A stretch of 64,000 bases of DNA from Hemiscyllium ocellatum (Eukaryota): contig NC_083413.1 of assembly GCF_020745735.1 (NCBI RefSeq), forward strand, positions 64,294,001-64,358,000. The letters run 5' to 3'. The number at the start of each line of letters is the position of its first letter. Positions within the stretch are counted from its first letter, which is position 1. Below, piece by piece: positions 63,641 to 64,000 of this stretch. The position numbers and the translations under genes were made by a program. The notes beneath the pieces are model-generated. The model was not told the origin of the DNA. It did not search any database and saw only the letters and a program-made list of their open reading frames with translations.

Positions 63641-64000
63641 TTCACTGAGTAATGTAAAAGGGGGGCCTCTCCACAGCAGACACACACTGCCTCTCTCTTT
63701 CTCTCACACACACAACCAAATGATAATCAGGCAGTCCAATGCTTAAAGGACGGTGCAACAGAAGGTATCGCCTCCCCTCAAAATAACTGCAGCGAGAGAG
63801 CCATTTCTCCTCCCTTCAACACGGCCAGCGTAAAATCATATTGTTTGCACTCTGCAGGTGCTTCCACGGCATTGGAGATAACCTCAGTGTTCAGATAGGG
63901 TGCAGTGATCCTTTTACCTTGTAGGTTACGATTGACCTCAGGAGTTGCTATGTTTTTGTTGTTTCACTTAGCAGATAGAAAATGTAGTGGTGCTAAATTC

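Noticed and set aside
62998-63648. 216-aa ORF and overlapping ORFs in the CpG island
   Set aside because: Expected stop-codon scarcity in GC-rich DNA; runs through a strong splice donor; no recognisable domain

Overview
Vertebrate genomic DNA, very probably a shark or ray (HE1-type SINEs and many CR1 and Penelope fragments). Two compact four-exon Hes-family bHLH-Orange-WRPW genes lie in tandem on the minus strand: hes6 (5078-6178, 235 aa) and a her8/hes6.2-type paralogue (12740-13975, 240 aa). They sit in a CpG-retaining, repeat-poor domain rich in Notch/RBPJ, Sox, POU and E-box motifs. About 45 kb of repeat-dominated DNA follows (CR1, L2, RTE, Tx1, Gypsy, Penelope, SINEs, a MITE), with a second regulatory-looking block at 26.8-29.8 kb. 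The window ends with a 3 kb polypyrimidine tract/minisatellite and the CpG-island promoter plus non-coding first exon of an unidentified plus-strand gene. Best leads: (1) an identically spaced Sox-POU-TATA core promoter shared by both paralogues; (2) a CACGCG-RBPJ-Sox module present twice, 11.8 kb apart, with identical spacing but unrelated spacers; (3) a cryptic paired RBPJ site at her8; (4) about a dozen minimal hammerhead-ribozyme motifs with covarying stems in several Penelope-derived families. All motif scanning was by eye and repeat boundaries are approximate.
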